From Minisyncoccota bacterium (GTDB taxonomy: Bacteria; Patescibacteriota; Minisyncoccia; Phycocordibacterales; UBA9973): a stretch of 64,000 nucleotides of DNA. A program made the position numbers and the translations under genes. The notes beneath the pieces are model-generated. The model made no database searches, was not told the DNA's origin, and worked only from the letters and a program-made list of their open reading frames with translations. The stretch covers positions 14,187 to 78,186 of the forward strand of contig JBAZSF010000003.1 of assembly GCA_041662525.1 (NCBI GenBank), in the 5' to 3' direction. Shown piece after piece: positions 47,953 through 58,068 of this stretch; position 1 is the stretch's first letter; each line of letters begins with the position of its first letter.

Positions 47953-50900
47953 TTATTTTTCTTCTATCGCAGAAATCTTATTCTTAAATCCAGTTCCTGC
48001 TGGGATTAAGCGTCCGATAATAACATTTTCTTTTAGACCTCTTAGAGAATCCACTCCACCCTTGATTGCATTTTCTATCAAGACACGATTAGTATTTTGG
48101 AATGATGCTGCTGATAACCAACTCTTAGTACGAAGAGAAACTTCAGTGATACCAAGCACTACTATTTCTGCTTTTGCTTCTTTCCCATCTGTCTCTTTTA
48201 CTCTAACATTTTCTTCAATAAAAGCAGTGTTTTCAACAATGTCTCCGACAGAAAAATTAGTCTCACCAGCATCTTTTATTTTTCTACGAGAAAACATCTG
48301 TCGAATAATGATTTCAGTATGTTTTCTAGAAATTGAAGCACTTTGAAGCTCGTAAACTTTATTTATTTCTTCAATAATATATTCTTCAACCAATTCTTTA
48401 TTTCCCAATTTAAACATTTCAGTAATATCGGCTGATCCATCTGTCAAAAGCTGTCCTTTTTTTACAGATTCTCCGACTTTCACAATAGGCATTCTACGAA
48501 AAGCTACTGCATACTCTATTTCATTCGCTTTGCCATCAACTTTACTATCAGACAATACTTTAATTGTTTTTTCTCTTAGATTTTCTTTACCTTCTTTGTT
48601 GGTAATAGAAATTACTTCTCCATCTGTTTCAGAAATAATAGCAGGATTTTTAGGAATACGTCTTTCAAAAATTTCTTCAACACGTGGTAGGCCTGTGGTG
48701 ATATCTGTTCCCGCCACACCTCCCGCATGGAATGTACGGAGCGTCAACTGAGTCCCTGGTTCTCCGATAGCCTGAGCAGCAATAATACCAACAGCCTCAC
48801 CGAGTTCTACTAAATGATTTCTCCCTAAATCTAGCCCATAACAGTTAACACAAAGACCATGCACTGTTTTACAGGTAAGCGGAGAACGTACAAACACCTC
48901 AGTAAACCCTGCTCCTTCAATATTGTAAGCTTCTTCTTTAGTAATTAAAAATCCTCTATTGTAAACAACATTCCCATCTTTGTCTTTTAAGTCTCTCGCG
49001 AGAATTCTTCCACGAATATTTTTAGAAAGAGGAATTTCAATTCCGGAAATATTTTCTTTAGTAACTATTTTACCTTCTTTGGTGCCACAGTCTTCTTCGG
49101 TAATAACGACATCCTGAGCCACATCCACCAATCTTCTTGTTAAATATCCAGCTTTTGCCGTATTGAGTGCTGTATCAGATGCACCCTTACGAGCGCCGTG
49201 AGTAATAACGAAATATTCAATTGGAGAAAGACCTTCTTGGTAACAAGGAATAATCGGAAATTCTAGAATTTTTCCTTGGTTATTTTGAATAAGACCGATC
49301 ATGCCTGTCATTTGCATAAGACTACTCATCGTACCTCTCGCTTTAGAAGTAAATAAATCATAAGTAGAACCTTTTTTATCAAGGGTGTTTGGTAGAACTT
49401 TTTCTAGATTTTTCTTCACTTGTGTCCAAATTTCAATAATTTTTTGATATCTTTCATCCAAAGAAAGAAGGCCTTCACTCCATTGGGCTACCATATCTTT
49501 TTCTAATTTTTTTCCTTCTTCTATAATCTTTTTCTTTTCTTCTGGAACTTTTATATTGTCCAATCCCCAAGTCGTGCCAGAAACCGTAGAATACTTAAAT
49601 CCAAATTCCTTAATCTTATCTAAGATGTTGGGAGTATTTTCTACTCCAGAATGAACAATAATCTCATCTAAAAGAGAAGACAATCTATTTTGAGTCATTT
49701 CATCGTTCACATAAGAAAAATCATTCGGCAAAATACTGTTAAAAAGAAGCTTCCCAACAGAAGTTTCAAAAATTCCTCCATCAAATTTTCTATATTTATG
49801 TGAATCGGTCGCTAGGACTTTTATCTTGGCACGAAGAGATATAATACCATAATCAGAAGCAGTTATAGCAGTGTTTGGATTAGGAAAATATTTGCCTTCA
49901 CCAATTTCTCCTTCAACTGACTTGGTCATCCAATAACTACCGAGCACCATATCCATACGAGGGTGCACTATCGGATCTCCATTTTGTGGTTTAAGTAGAT
50001 TTTTACTCGATGCCATTAATTCTTTTGCTTCCCATTGTGCTTCTTCGAGTAAGGGTACATATACAGCCATCTGATCTCCATCGAAGTCAGCATTGAAAGC
50101 CTGACAAACAAGTGGATGGACTTGAATAGCATTTCCTTCAATCAAAATAGGATTAAAAGCTTGAATACCTAGACGGTGCAAGGTCGGCGCACGGTTTAGA
50201 AGCACAAATTTACCTTGAATAACTTCTTCTAATATTGCCCATACCTCAGCAGAACGTTCTTCTATAAGTTTATTTGCTCCACGAATATTAAAAGCAAGTT
50301 CTGCTTGTAAAATCTTTGAAATTACAAATGGTCGGAAAAGTTCGAGAGCCATGTGTTTTGGTAATCCACATTGATTCAACTTTAGTTCAGGACCAACGAC
50401 GATAACACTACGACCTGAATAATCTACTCGTTTTCCTAAAAGATTTTGACGGAAAAGACCTTGTTTAGATTTTAAATTGTCTGAAAGTGATTTAAGAGGA
50501 CGTTTTTGAGATTGGCTCATCGCTACAGAATCATTTTGTTTAGCAATTGAATTATCAATAAGAGCATCCACTGCTTCTTGGATGATTCTTTTTTCATTTC
50601 TTAAAATAACATCAGGGGCATTTATTTCTTTTAATTTCTTTAAACGATTATTTCTATTTATAACACGACGATAAAGATCATTTAAATCACTTGTCGCATG
50701 ACGTCCACCGTCTAAAGCCACCATCGGGCGTAAAACTGGTGGGATAACAGGAATAACAGTCAAAAACATCCACTCTGGTCGAATCCCTGCGTAAGTCATA
50801 GCGCGAATCAAAGAAAGTCTTTTTTGTAATTTTTCTTTTTCAACCACACTAGCTTGTTCAAGCATCTTTTCTGTAAGATGTTTTAATTTATTTAAATCAA

Positions 50901-51573
50901 GATTTTTGAAAATAGAGTAAATGGCTTCCGCTCCAATATTGGCTTCAAAACAAGTCCCGTATTTCAAAGAAAAATGATGGAAAGAAATTTCATTTAAAAC
51001 TTTTCCTTCATAAATTTCTCCAATTTCTTTCTTAGTAATAGAAAGTAAGGTTTTTAATTTTTCACGAGTTTCATCATCAGATGAATTTTTTAATTTTATT
51101 TTAAATTCCTTATCTAGCCCAGAAAGAATCGTTTCTTTTTCTTCTTCGTGAACTTTTGTAATGATATATCCCGCAAAATATATAACTTTTTCAAGATCAG
51201 AAACAGATATATTCAAAAGGATACTCATCCTAGAAGGAACTCCGCGTAAAAACCAAATATGAGAAACTGGAGTAGAAAGTTCAATATGTCCCATACGCTC
51301 TCTACGCACAATAGAACGAGTGACTTCCACACCACATTTTTCACAAATAATATCTTTATAGCGAATGCGACGATATTTTCCACAATAACATTCATAATCT
51401 TTTTCTGGACCAAAGATTTTCTCATCAAACAGACCCCCTCTCTCAGATCTTCCAGTACGATAATTTATCGTTTCAGGTTTAGTAACTTCCCCAAAAGACC
51501 ATTCTTTAATCTGCTCAGGAGATGCGAGTCTGATAGCAATTTGATCAAATTCAGTTGTGTTTAAAGTTTTCAT
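47953..51573 (-). CDS. rpoC: DNA-directed RNA polymerase subunit beta'
   Basis: 1206 aa; NADFDGD catalytic motif; Zn-binding CxxC...CxxC. Confidence 0.95.
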   Translation of the reverse strand: MKTLNTTEFDQIAIRLASPEQIKEWSFGEVTKPETINYRTGRSERGGLFDEKIFGPEKDYECYCGKYRRIRYKDIICEKCGVEVTRSIVRRERMGHIELSTPVSHIWFLRGVPSRMSILLNISVSDLEKVIYFAGYIITKVHEEEKETILSGLDKEFKIKLKNSSDDETREKLKTLLSITKKEIGEIYEGKVLNEISFHHFSLKYGTCFEANIGAEAIYSIFKNLDLNKLKHLTEKMLEQASVVEKEKLQKRLSLIRAMTYAGIRPEWMFLTVIPVIPPVLRPMVALDGGRHATSDLNDLYRRVINRNNRLKKLKEINAPDVILRNEKRIIQEAVDALIDNSIAKQNDSVAMSQSQKRPLKSLSDNLKSKQGLFRQNLLGKRVDYSGRSVIVVGPELKLNQCGLPKHMALELFRPFVISKILQAELAFNIRGANKLIEERSAEVWAILEEVIQGKFVLLNRAPTLHRLGIQAFNPILIEGNAIQVHPLVCQAFNADFDGDQMAVYVPLLEEAQWEAKELMASSKNLLKPQNGDPIVHPRMDMVLGSYWMTKSVEGEIGEGKYFPNPNTAITASDYGIISLRAKIKVLATDSHKYRKFDGGIFETSVGKLLFNSILPNDFSYVNDEMTQNRLSSLLDEIIVHSGVENTPNILDKIKEFGFKYSTVSGTTWGLDNIKVPEEKKKIIEEGKKLEKDMVAQWSEGLLSLDERYQKIIEIWTQVKKNLEKVLPNTLDKKGSTYDLFTSKARGTMSSLMQMTGMIGLIQNNQGKILEFPIIPCYQEGLSPIEYFVITHGARKGASDTALNTAKAGYLTRRLVDVAQDVVITEEDCGTKEGKIVTKENISGIEIPLSKNIRGRILARDLKDKDGNVVYNRGFLITKEEAYNIEGAGFTEVFVRSPLTCKTVHGLCVNCYGLDLGRNHLVELGEAVGIIAAQAIGEPGTQLTLRTFHAGGVAGTDITTGLPRVEEIFERRIPKNPAIISETDGEVISITNKEGKENLREKTIKVLSDSKVDGKANEIEYAVAFRRMPIVKVGESVKKGQLLTDGSADITEMFKLGNKELVEEYIIEEINKVYELQSASISRKHTEIIIRQMFSRRKIKDAGETNFSVGDIVENTAFIEENVRVKETDGKEAKAEIVVLGITEVSLRTKSWLSAASFQNTNRVLIENAIKGGVDSLRGLKENVIIGRLIPAGTGFKNKISAIEEK

Positions 51574-51574
51574 A

Positions 51575-54500
51575 TTATTTATTTTCCTTTTTTAAATCGA
51601 TATCAAGTGCCAGACCTCTTAAATAATTTAAGAGCACATTGAATGATGCTGGAGAATTTGGCGGCCTAATCGTTTCATTTTTAATAATAGAATCAAACGC
51701 CGCAGAACGACCAAGTATGTCATCAGATTTAATAGTAAGCATTTCACGAAGTGTATAAGCTGCACCGTAACCTTCAAGGGCCCAGACCTCCATTTCTCCA
51801 AATCTTTGTCCACCACCTTGAGCTTTTCCACCGAGGGGCTGTTGAGTAATTAGAGAGTAAGGACCAACTGAACGCATATGAATCTTGTCTTCCACCATGT
51901 GATGGAGTTTGAGCATATACATATATCCAACTGCCACATCTTGATGAAAGGCCTCTCCTGTTCGTCCATCAAAAAGTTTTAACTTTCCATTATCTGGCAA
52001 TCCGGCCTTCACTAATTCTTCTTGTATTTCTTCGTGTTTTGCTCCTAAAAATGGTGGGACTATAGCTTGATAACCAAGACTATTGGCGGCCATCCCCAAA
52101 TGTATTTCCAAAATTTGCCCCAAATTCATACGAGAAGGGACTCCGAGTGGTGAGAGAATAACATCCACCGGTGTTCCATCAGCCATATATGGCATATCTT
52201 CTTCTGGAAGAATTGTTGAAATAACTCCTTTGTTTCCATGTCTTCCTGATATTTTATCTCCAACTGAAATATTTCTAATCTGAGCAACTTCTATTACTAT
52301 TTTTTTAATAATACCCGCTTCAAGGGTATGCCCTAAACTACGAGAAAAGATCTTTACCCCAATGATGCGTCCACGCTTGCCGTGCTCCATGCGAAGAGAA
52401 GTATCTTTTACATCACGTGCTTTTTCAGCAAAGATCGAACGAAGGAGTCTTTCTTCTGGAGTAAGTTCCGTTTCGCCTTTTGGAGTAATTTTACCGACTA
52501 AAATATCATTCTCTCTTACTTCCGCTCCAATACGAATAATCCCATCTTCATCCAGATCTTTTAACCGAAGCTCTCCAACATTTGGAATATCGCGTGTTGT
52601 AATTTCGGGTCCAAGTTTGGTATCCCGAACAGCACAAGTAAATTCTTCAACATAAACTGATGTAAATTTACTCTTTTTTACAAGACGTTCAGAAATAACA
52701 ATTGCATCTTCGTAAGTTGATCCAGCCCAGGACAAGAAAGCCACGAAAATATTTTGGCCAATTGAAATTTGTCCATTTACTGTACTACTCGTGTCTGCGA
52801 GCACATCACCTTTTTTTATTTTATCACCGACATTTACGAGTGGACGCTGATGAAAAACAGCAAAATTATTGTTTCTTAAAAAATTAATTAAAGTATAAGT
52901 TTTTTCCTTTTTCCCCTCTATCACTATTTTTTTAGCATCTAAATAAGAAACAATACCGTCTTCTTCTGCGATAACTAACCTACCTGAATCTCGTGCCGCT
53001 AATTCTTCAACTCCGGTCGCGACTAGAGGCATTTCTGGTAGGACACAGGGCACAGCTTGTTTCTGCATGTTACTTCCCATGAGTGCTCGGTTTGCATTAT
53101 TGTGTTCCAAAAATGGAACCATCGAAGTGGCTATAGAAAAAGCTTGATTTGGAGCAACATCAATAAAATCAACTTGATCTGGAGAAACTGTTCCTGGTTC
53201 TGTTTTGATTCTTGCTTCTACTCTTTCTTCAGTAATCTTTCCATGGATATCATAGGAAATTCCAGCATGCGCGATATTATATTTTTCTTCTTCGAGTGCA
53301 TTCAAATAAACTATTTCGCCAGTGATAATACCCTTGGTGACTTTCACATAAGGAGTTTCAATAATTCCAAAATCATTTATTTTTGCATAAGTGGAAAGGT
53401 GCAAAATAAGTCCAATGTTTGGACCTTCAGGAGTATGAATAGGACAAACTCTTCCATAGTGCGAAGGATGCACGTCACGTACTTCTAATCCAGCTCTTTC
53501 ACGAGTAAGACCTCCGGGTCCAAGCGCTGACAAAGTACGTAAATGTTCCATTTCACAAAGCACATTTTCTTGTGCCATGAATTGAGAAAGTTGGTTCGTG
53601 GTAAAAAATTCTTTAATACGAGCTTGCAGTGGTCGCTGATTGATGATAGCGATAGGCATGGCTGTATCAACATCAATGATAGACATACGGTCTTGAATAT
53701 TCCTCTTAATCTGCATCATTCCAGTACGTACTTTTTGTTGAAGTATTTCTCCGACAAAACGTACTCGTCTCTGACCCAAATGATCTATATCGTCAGCTTT
53801 TGAAAGAGGTGTATTGTTTAAAAGAATAATATGAGAAATTACTGTAACTAAATCTTCTTTAGAAATTATTCGGCGAGCCATCTCATCCTCTTCCATCGAT
53901 TTTTGAAAACGTTGATTAAATCTAAATCTTCCTACTGGGGAAAGATCATAACGTTCCGCTGTAAATAAAGAACTAATCAATTCCTTAGCATTATCAGCAG
54001 TGGCCATATCACCATCTCGAAGACGCTTATAAATTTCAATAGAAGAATCATTCACACTTTTTACACCATCTTTCACTAAAGATGCTTTAATTATTTCTTC
54101 TGCCAAAGAATTACCAGCAAATGCTTTTAAGATCATCTCATCTGTCTCATAACCCAAAGCCCGCAACAATGCGACAGCAGGAAACTTCCTCTTTTTGTCT
54201 ATTCTTATATAAATTCCTCCGTCGGATTCTGACTCTATTTCAATCCAAACTCCGCGAGCAGGAATAATTTTTGCACCAAAGTATTTATTACCTTTACTTT
54301 CAGATTCTGTAAAAAATACTCCAAAGCTTCGTGCGAGCTGTGGCACGATGACGCGTTCTACTCCATTGATAATAAAAGTTCCGTGTGAAGTCATCAAAGG
54401 AAACTCAGACATAAAAATCTCCTGCTCTTTAACAGTACCGAGAATTTTATTAGTCAATTTTACTCGCGCCTTGAGCTGTCCTTGATAGGAAAGTTTATTT

Positions 54501-54748
54501 ATTTTAGAATTATGTTCATCAACTTTAGATTCACTCAAAGAAAAAGAAGTGAATTCTAATTGAAACTTTTTTCCAGAGTAATCTATGATTGGAGAAAATT
54601 CTTTAAAGACTTCTCCGATACCAGTCTCTATCAACCATTTGAAACTTTTTAGTTGAGCTTCAATTAAATTTGGAAATTCTACTAAAGGCTTTTTGTATCT
54701 ATTAAAATACTTCTTTGGACGCTTTGCTTCGCTTATTTCTTTTGACAT
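51575..54748 (-). CDS. rpoB: DNA-directed RNA polymerase subunit beta
   Basis: 1057 aa; conserved RpoB blocks (GRHGNKGV, GGQRFGEMEVWALEGYGA). Confidence 0.95.
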   Translation of the reverse strand: MSKEISEAKRPKKYFNRYKKPLVEFPNLIEAQLKSFKWLIETGIGEVFKEFSPIIDYSGKKFQLEFTSFSLSESKVDEHNSKINKLSYQGQLKARVKLTNKILGTVKEQEIFMSEFPLMTSHGTFIINGVERVIVPQLARSFGVFFTESESKGNKYFGAKIIPARGVWIEIESESDGGIYIRIDKKRKFPAVALLRALGYETDEMILKAFAGNSLAEEIIKASLVKDGVKSVNDSSIEIYKRLRDGDMATADNAKELISSLFTAERYDLSPVGRFRFNQRFQKSMEEDEMARRIISKEDLVTVISHIILLNNTPLSKADDIDHLGQRRVRFVGEILQQKVRTGMMQIKRNIQDRMSIIDVDTAMPIAIINQRPLQARIKEFFTTNQLSQFMAQENVLCEMEHLRTLSALGPGGLTRERAGLEVRDVHPSHYGRVCPIHTPEGPNIGLILHLSTYAKINDFGIIETPYVKVTKGIITGEIVYLNALEEEKYNIAHAGISYDIHGKITEERVEARIKTEPGTVSPDQVDFIDVAPNQAFSIATSMVPFLEHNNANRALMGSNMQKQAVPCVLPEMPLVATGVEELAARDSGRLVIAEEDGIVSYLDAKKIVIEGKKEKTYTLINFLRNNNFAVFHQRPLVNVGDKIKKGDVLADTSSTVNGQISIGQNIFVAFLSWAGSTYEDAIVISERLVKKSKFTSVYVEEFTCAVRDTKLGPEITTRDIPNVGELRLKDLDEDGIIRIGAEVRENDILVGKITPKGETELTPEERLLRSIFAEKARDVKDTSLRMEHGKRGRIIGVKIFSRSLGHTLEAGIIKKIVIEVAQIRNISVGDKISGRHGNKGVISTILPEEDMPYMADGTPVDVILSPLGVPSRMNLGQILEIHLGMAANSLGYQAIVPPFLGAKHEEIQEELVKAGLPDNGKLKLFDGRTGEAFHQDVAVGYMYMLKLHHMVEDKIHMRSVGPYSLITQQPLGGKAQGGGQRFGEMEVWALEGYGAAYTLREMLTIKSDDILGRSAAFDSIIKNETIRPPNSPASFNVLLNYLRGLALDIDLKKENK

Positions 54749-55050
54749 AAGTTATGTTTGACCTAAATAAAAAAGAAAATAAAGAAAAATCAAAGAAAAA
54801 CAGATGAAAAATGCTTTTCTTTAGCTTCTCAAGATTTATTTAAATTATTTAGATATGATTAAGTTAAAAACCTTGTAATAGTAAGCACAAGATTGCATCC
54901 GATACTCAATCAATGAATCTCAAACAGCCTACTCTATTTCATCCTTTTTGTCAAATTTTGGTTGTGGATTATTAAACTAACGGCTCAAATACTAGGTATT
55001 TGAGCCGTTTACATTAAATACTAAAGTAACCCCTTCATATTTTTATTATT

Positions 55051-55503
55051 TTATGTTTCTTTAATTTGTTTTGTTAAATTCTCAATTTTCTTTGCTTTCA
55101 TCATTTCCAACGCTTTTTTCATTCCTTTGGCCATAGCCAAATCAACAAAATCGGAATCAATCGCTTCTTCGATCTCTCGCGTGGTCTCTTCAATCAACTT
55201 ATCTTTTTGATCTTTTGAAAATTCACCCACAAGAATTTCCTGACTTTTAAGTGTTTTAAGAAAATCATCAATAGCTGATTTTTTTTGATCTTCAAGCGAT
55301 TCTTTTTTCTTTTCACTCTTATTAGTTGTTAAATTATCTTTTGCTGCACCCTCGGTTTTATTTGATTCAACTGATTTATCTTGAACTTTTTGCTCATTTT
55401 TATTTCCACATGCTCTACAAAATTTATCACCAGCCTCATTTTTATTTCCACATGCTCTACAAAATTTATCATACCCCTCATTTACTATATTTTTTAATTC
55501 CAT
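55051..55503 (-). CDS. zinc-ribbon repeat protein, K/E-rich
   Basis: Two DKFCRACGNKNE repeats encoded by a roughly 45-bp tandem DNA duplication. Confidence 0.4.
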   Translation of the reverse strand: MELKNIVNEGYDKFCRACGNKNEAGDKFCRACGNKNEQKVQDKSVESNKTEGAAKDNLTTNKSEKKKESLEDQKKSAIDDFLKTLKSQEILVGEFSKDQKDKLIEETTREIEEAIDSDFVDLAMAKGMKKALEMMKAKKIENLTKQIKET

Positions 55504-55658
55504 ATAATTACATCATATATTATTTTATAACAGTCAAATTATGGCATGTACCTAAATAAATGTCTATCAGGTTCCACATCTTATTCCTATTTTATTTTTC
55601 CTCCACTCTTCTATCCCGAACCAAAGCAAAGCTTGGTACAGGACAAATCTTTTTATGA

Positions 55659-56315
55659 TTATTTTTTAGCCCGCCTCCAGTTTTCAATAAGTTTATGGTT
55701 ACCTGACAAAAGTACTTTTGGAACTCTATAATTTTTACCTTTGTATTTTAAGATTTCAGGACGAGTGTACACTTCACTCGATGAGACTCTCTCTTCTTCA
55801 AGTGATTCATATTTACCAAGCACTCCTGGAATCTGGCGGGAAATAGAATCTACTAAAACCATAGCTGGAAGTTCTCCACCAGTTAATACATAATCCCCTA
55901 TTGAAAACTTTTTAGTTTTTAAAATTTTATCTATCCGCGCGTCTATGCCTTCGTATCTTCCGCAAATTAAAATTATATCGGTATATTTTTTAGAAAATGT
56001 TTTAGCAAAAGTAGTAGTGAATTTTGGAGCGCTTGGAATAAAATTTATTATTAAAATTTTATTTTTATTCTTTATTTTTGAAATAGCTTTTTCCACTGCT
56101 TTTAAAATTGGCTCTACCCTCATGACCATACCAGGTCCTCCACCATAAGGCTTATCATCAACAGGTTTATAATTGTTTTTGGGCGCTTTAATAAAATCTC
56201 TAGGATTATAGAATTTTACTTCTATTAGTTTATTTTTTAATGCCCGCCCTATAATAGATTCATTTAAATATGATTCAAAAATGTTTGGAAAAATTGTAAT
56301 TATGTGAAAACGCAT
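55659..56315 (-). CDS. trmD: tRNA (guanine37-N1)-methyltransferase
   Basis: MRFHIITIFPNIFESYL..., SPOUT knot motifs (GGYEGIDAR-like CGRYEGIDARI). Confidence 0.9.
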   Translation of the reverse strand: MRFHIITIFPNIFESYLNESIIGRALKNKLIEVKFYNPRDFIKAPKNNYKPVDDKPYGGGPGMVMRVEPILKAVEKAISKIKNKNKILIINFIPSAPKFTTTFAKTFSKKYTDIILICGRYEGIDARIDKILKTKKFSIGDYVLTGGELPAMVLVDSISRQIPGVLGKYESLEEERVSSSEVYTRPEILKYKGKNYRVPKVLLSGNHKLIENWRRAKK

Positions 56316-56317
56316 GG

Positions 56318-56450
56318 GTTAGGCTCTAGGCAACTAGGCCCTAGGCATTAGCTAAGCTTATAAATTTAAAAATAAAAAAGCAAACAAAAAACCCGAGATT
56401 CCCCGAGTTTTTTGCTAGAGCCTAGTGCCTAAGGCCTAGAGCCTATTTCA
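56318..56450. repeat. palindromic intergenic element (ggctctaggc-type inverted repeats)
   Basis: gggttaggctctaggcaactaggccctaggca (left) against the reverse complement of ctagagcctagtgcctaaggcctagagcc (right), flanking an A-rich core between the KH gene and trmD. Confidence 0.55.
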
Positions 56451-56822
56451 TATTCCTTTCAAGTCTTCCATTGCCTGATCAACGGTTTTCATTGTTGGAG
56501 CAGAGCTCATAGATCCTCCAAAAGACCCCGTAGGTCTATCAGTTCTCTCAGTTCTTTCGGGCCTGACAGATCCTTCAGGTTCATTTATCTTTAGATTTAC
56601 ACGAGCGTTATTCTTCATACCAATAATGCGAAGCAAGGTACGAATAGCTTTTGCAGTATTCCCCATCCTTCCGATAATTTTACCCATATCCGCAGGATTC
56701 ACAGTAAGTGTTATCAAAACTCCCATTTCATCTAAGGATCGTTCAATCTTCACATCGTTTGGATTGTCGACGAGTGCCTTTACCACATATTCTAGAAATA
56801 TTTTATCAGCTTCTTCTGTCAT
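56448..56822 (-). CDS. KH-domain RNA-binding protein (UPF0109/YlqC-like) with C-terminal extension
   Basis: GKIIGRMGNTAKAIRTLL KH motif; operon position between rpsP and trmD. Confidence 0.8.
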   Translation of the reverse strand: MTEEADKIFLEYVVKALVDNPNDVKIERSLDEMGVLITLTVNPADMGKIIGRMGNTAKAIRTLLRIIGMKNNARVNLKINEPEGSVRPERTERTDRPTGSFGGSMSSAPTMKTVDQAMEDLKGI

Positions 56823-56906
56823 AGTGTTTTAAAAAATTTAATCTTTTAATCTTTTACTAATCTTTGCAGTATACGACCGAATGACTGCTTAAATAATTAT
56901 ACAAAA

Positions 56907-57215
56907 TTATTTTTTAGCTTTCAACTCTTTTCTCTTTACTGTTGGTTTCTTTTTAGGTAAAACATTTACTTTCTTGCCTTCAATAACTTTTTGATGTACT
57001 AAAAAATTATGCATTGTGTCAGAAAGCTTTGCCCCTTTTGAAGTCCAATATTTTATTCTATCAGCTTGGAATTTTGTCTCTCCTGCCTTAGGGTTATAAG
57101 TTCCAAGAATTTCTAAAAATCGCCCACTCTTTGTGCTATTTTTTGAATCAGTCAAAACAACCCGAAACGCCGGATCATTCTTCCTACCTATTCTCTGCAA
57201 TCTTATTTTTAACAT
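56907..57215 (-). CDS. rpsP: 30S ribosomal protein S16
   Basis: MLKIRLQRIGRKNDPAFRVVLTDSKNSTKSGRFLEILGTYNP. Confidence 0.9.
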   Translation of the reverse strand: MLKIRLQRIGRKNDPAFRVVLTDSKNSTKSGRFLEILGTYNPKAGETKFQADRIKYWTSKGAKLSDTMHNFLVHQKVIEGKKVNVLPKKKPTVKRKELKAKK

Positions 57216-57270
57216 GAATAGAGCTTAACATAAATTATTAAAAAGGCAAATAAAAATCCCCCCACTTCAC

Positions 57271-58005
57271 TTATCTTCCCGTCCTCACAACCTGGCCGGT
57301 CTGATGTGTGGTGCCAGTATGATAGCTATTACCTATACCTACGGTTTGACCAGTTTGATATGTAGTACCAGTATAATAGACCATGCCTGTACCAAAGTTT
57401 TGTCCAGTTTGGTATGGAACACCAGTATAGTAATTAGTCCCTGTTTCAATAAATTGACCAGTTTGAAAACTAGTGCCTGTATAATAATTAGTGCCTGTAC
57501 CAAAAGTCATGCCTGTACCAAGGTTTGATCCAGTATTAAAAGTTTGGCCAGTTTGATATGCAGTACCAGTATAATAGACCATGCCTGTACCAAAATTTTG
57601 ACCAGTTTGGTATGCAGTACCAGTATAATAATTACTGCCTATCCTAAATGTAATACCTGTACCAAAGCTTGACCCAGTGTAAAAAGTTTGGCCAATTTGA
57701 TATTTAATACCAGTATTATAATCAGTTCCCGTCCAAAAGATCATGCCTGTGCCAAAATCCTCACCAAGAATAAAAAATTGGCCTGTTTGAAAAAAAGTAC
57801 CCTCCTCAAAGGTCATGCCTGTATCAAATTCAGTACCTATTTCAAATTCAGTGTCTGTGTCAAAAAGTATATCAGATTCAAAATTTTCATATGCTACTAT
57901 CGGCATAGCAGACCCCAAAAAAAATATTAATGCAAAAGTTGCTATGAGAAACTTCCTCCAGTTATATTGTTCATTGTTCATACTCATAATTTTTAATTCT
58001 ACCAT
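57271..58005 (-). CDS. secreted tandem-repeat protein (xTGxxYxTG octad repeats)
   Basis: Signal peptide, then about 20 degenerate 8-residue repeats (YTGTAYQTGQNFGTGMVY...), with the underlying DNA repeats visible. Confidence 0.55.
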   Translation of the reverse strand: MVELKIMSMNNEQYNWRKFLIATFALIFFLGSAMPIVAYENFESDILFDTDTEFEIGTEFDTGMTFEEGTFFQTGQFFILGEDFGTGMIFWTGTDYNTGIKYQIGQTFYTGSSFGTGITFRIGSNYYTGTAYQTGQNFGTGMVYYTGTAYQTGQTFNTGSNLGTGMTFGTGTNYYTGTSFQTGQFIETGTNYYTGVPYQTGQNFGTGMVYYTGTTYQTGQTVGIGNSYHTGTTHQTGQVVRTGR

Positions 58006-58068
58006 ATTTACAAATTATTGTCAATTACTCTGTAGGAGAATTATTCATATTATGCTATTATCTATAAA

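Noticed and set aside
47953-54748. Numerous small ORFs antisense to rpoB and rpoC (e.g. 48062-48346, 52362-52655, 53057-53488)
   Set aside because: Embedded in highly conserved essential genes on the opposite strand; typical spurious AT-rich ORFs.
54977-55008. Hairpin aacggctcaaata...tatttgagccgtt upstream of rpoB as a terminator
   Set aside because: No convincing U-tract on either strand. It may be a leader or attenuator structure, but evidence is insufficient to call.
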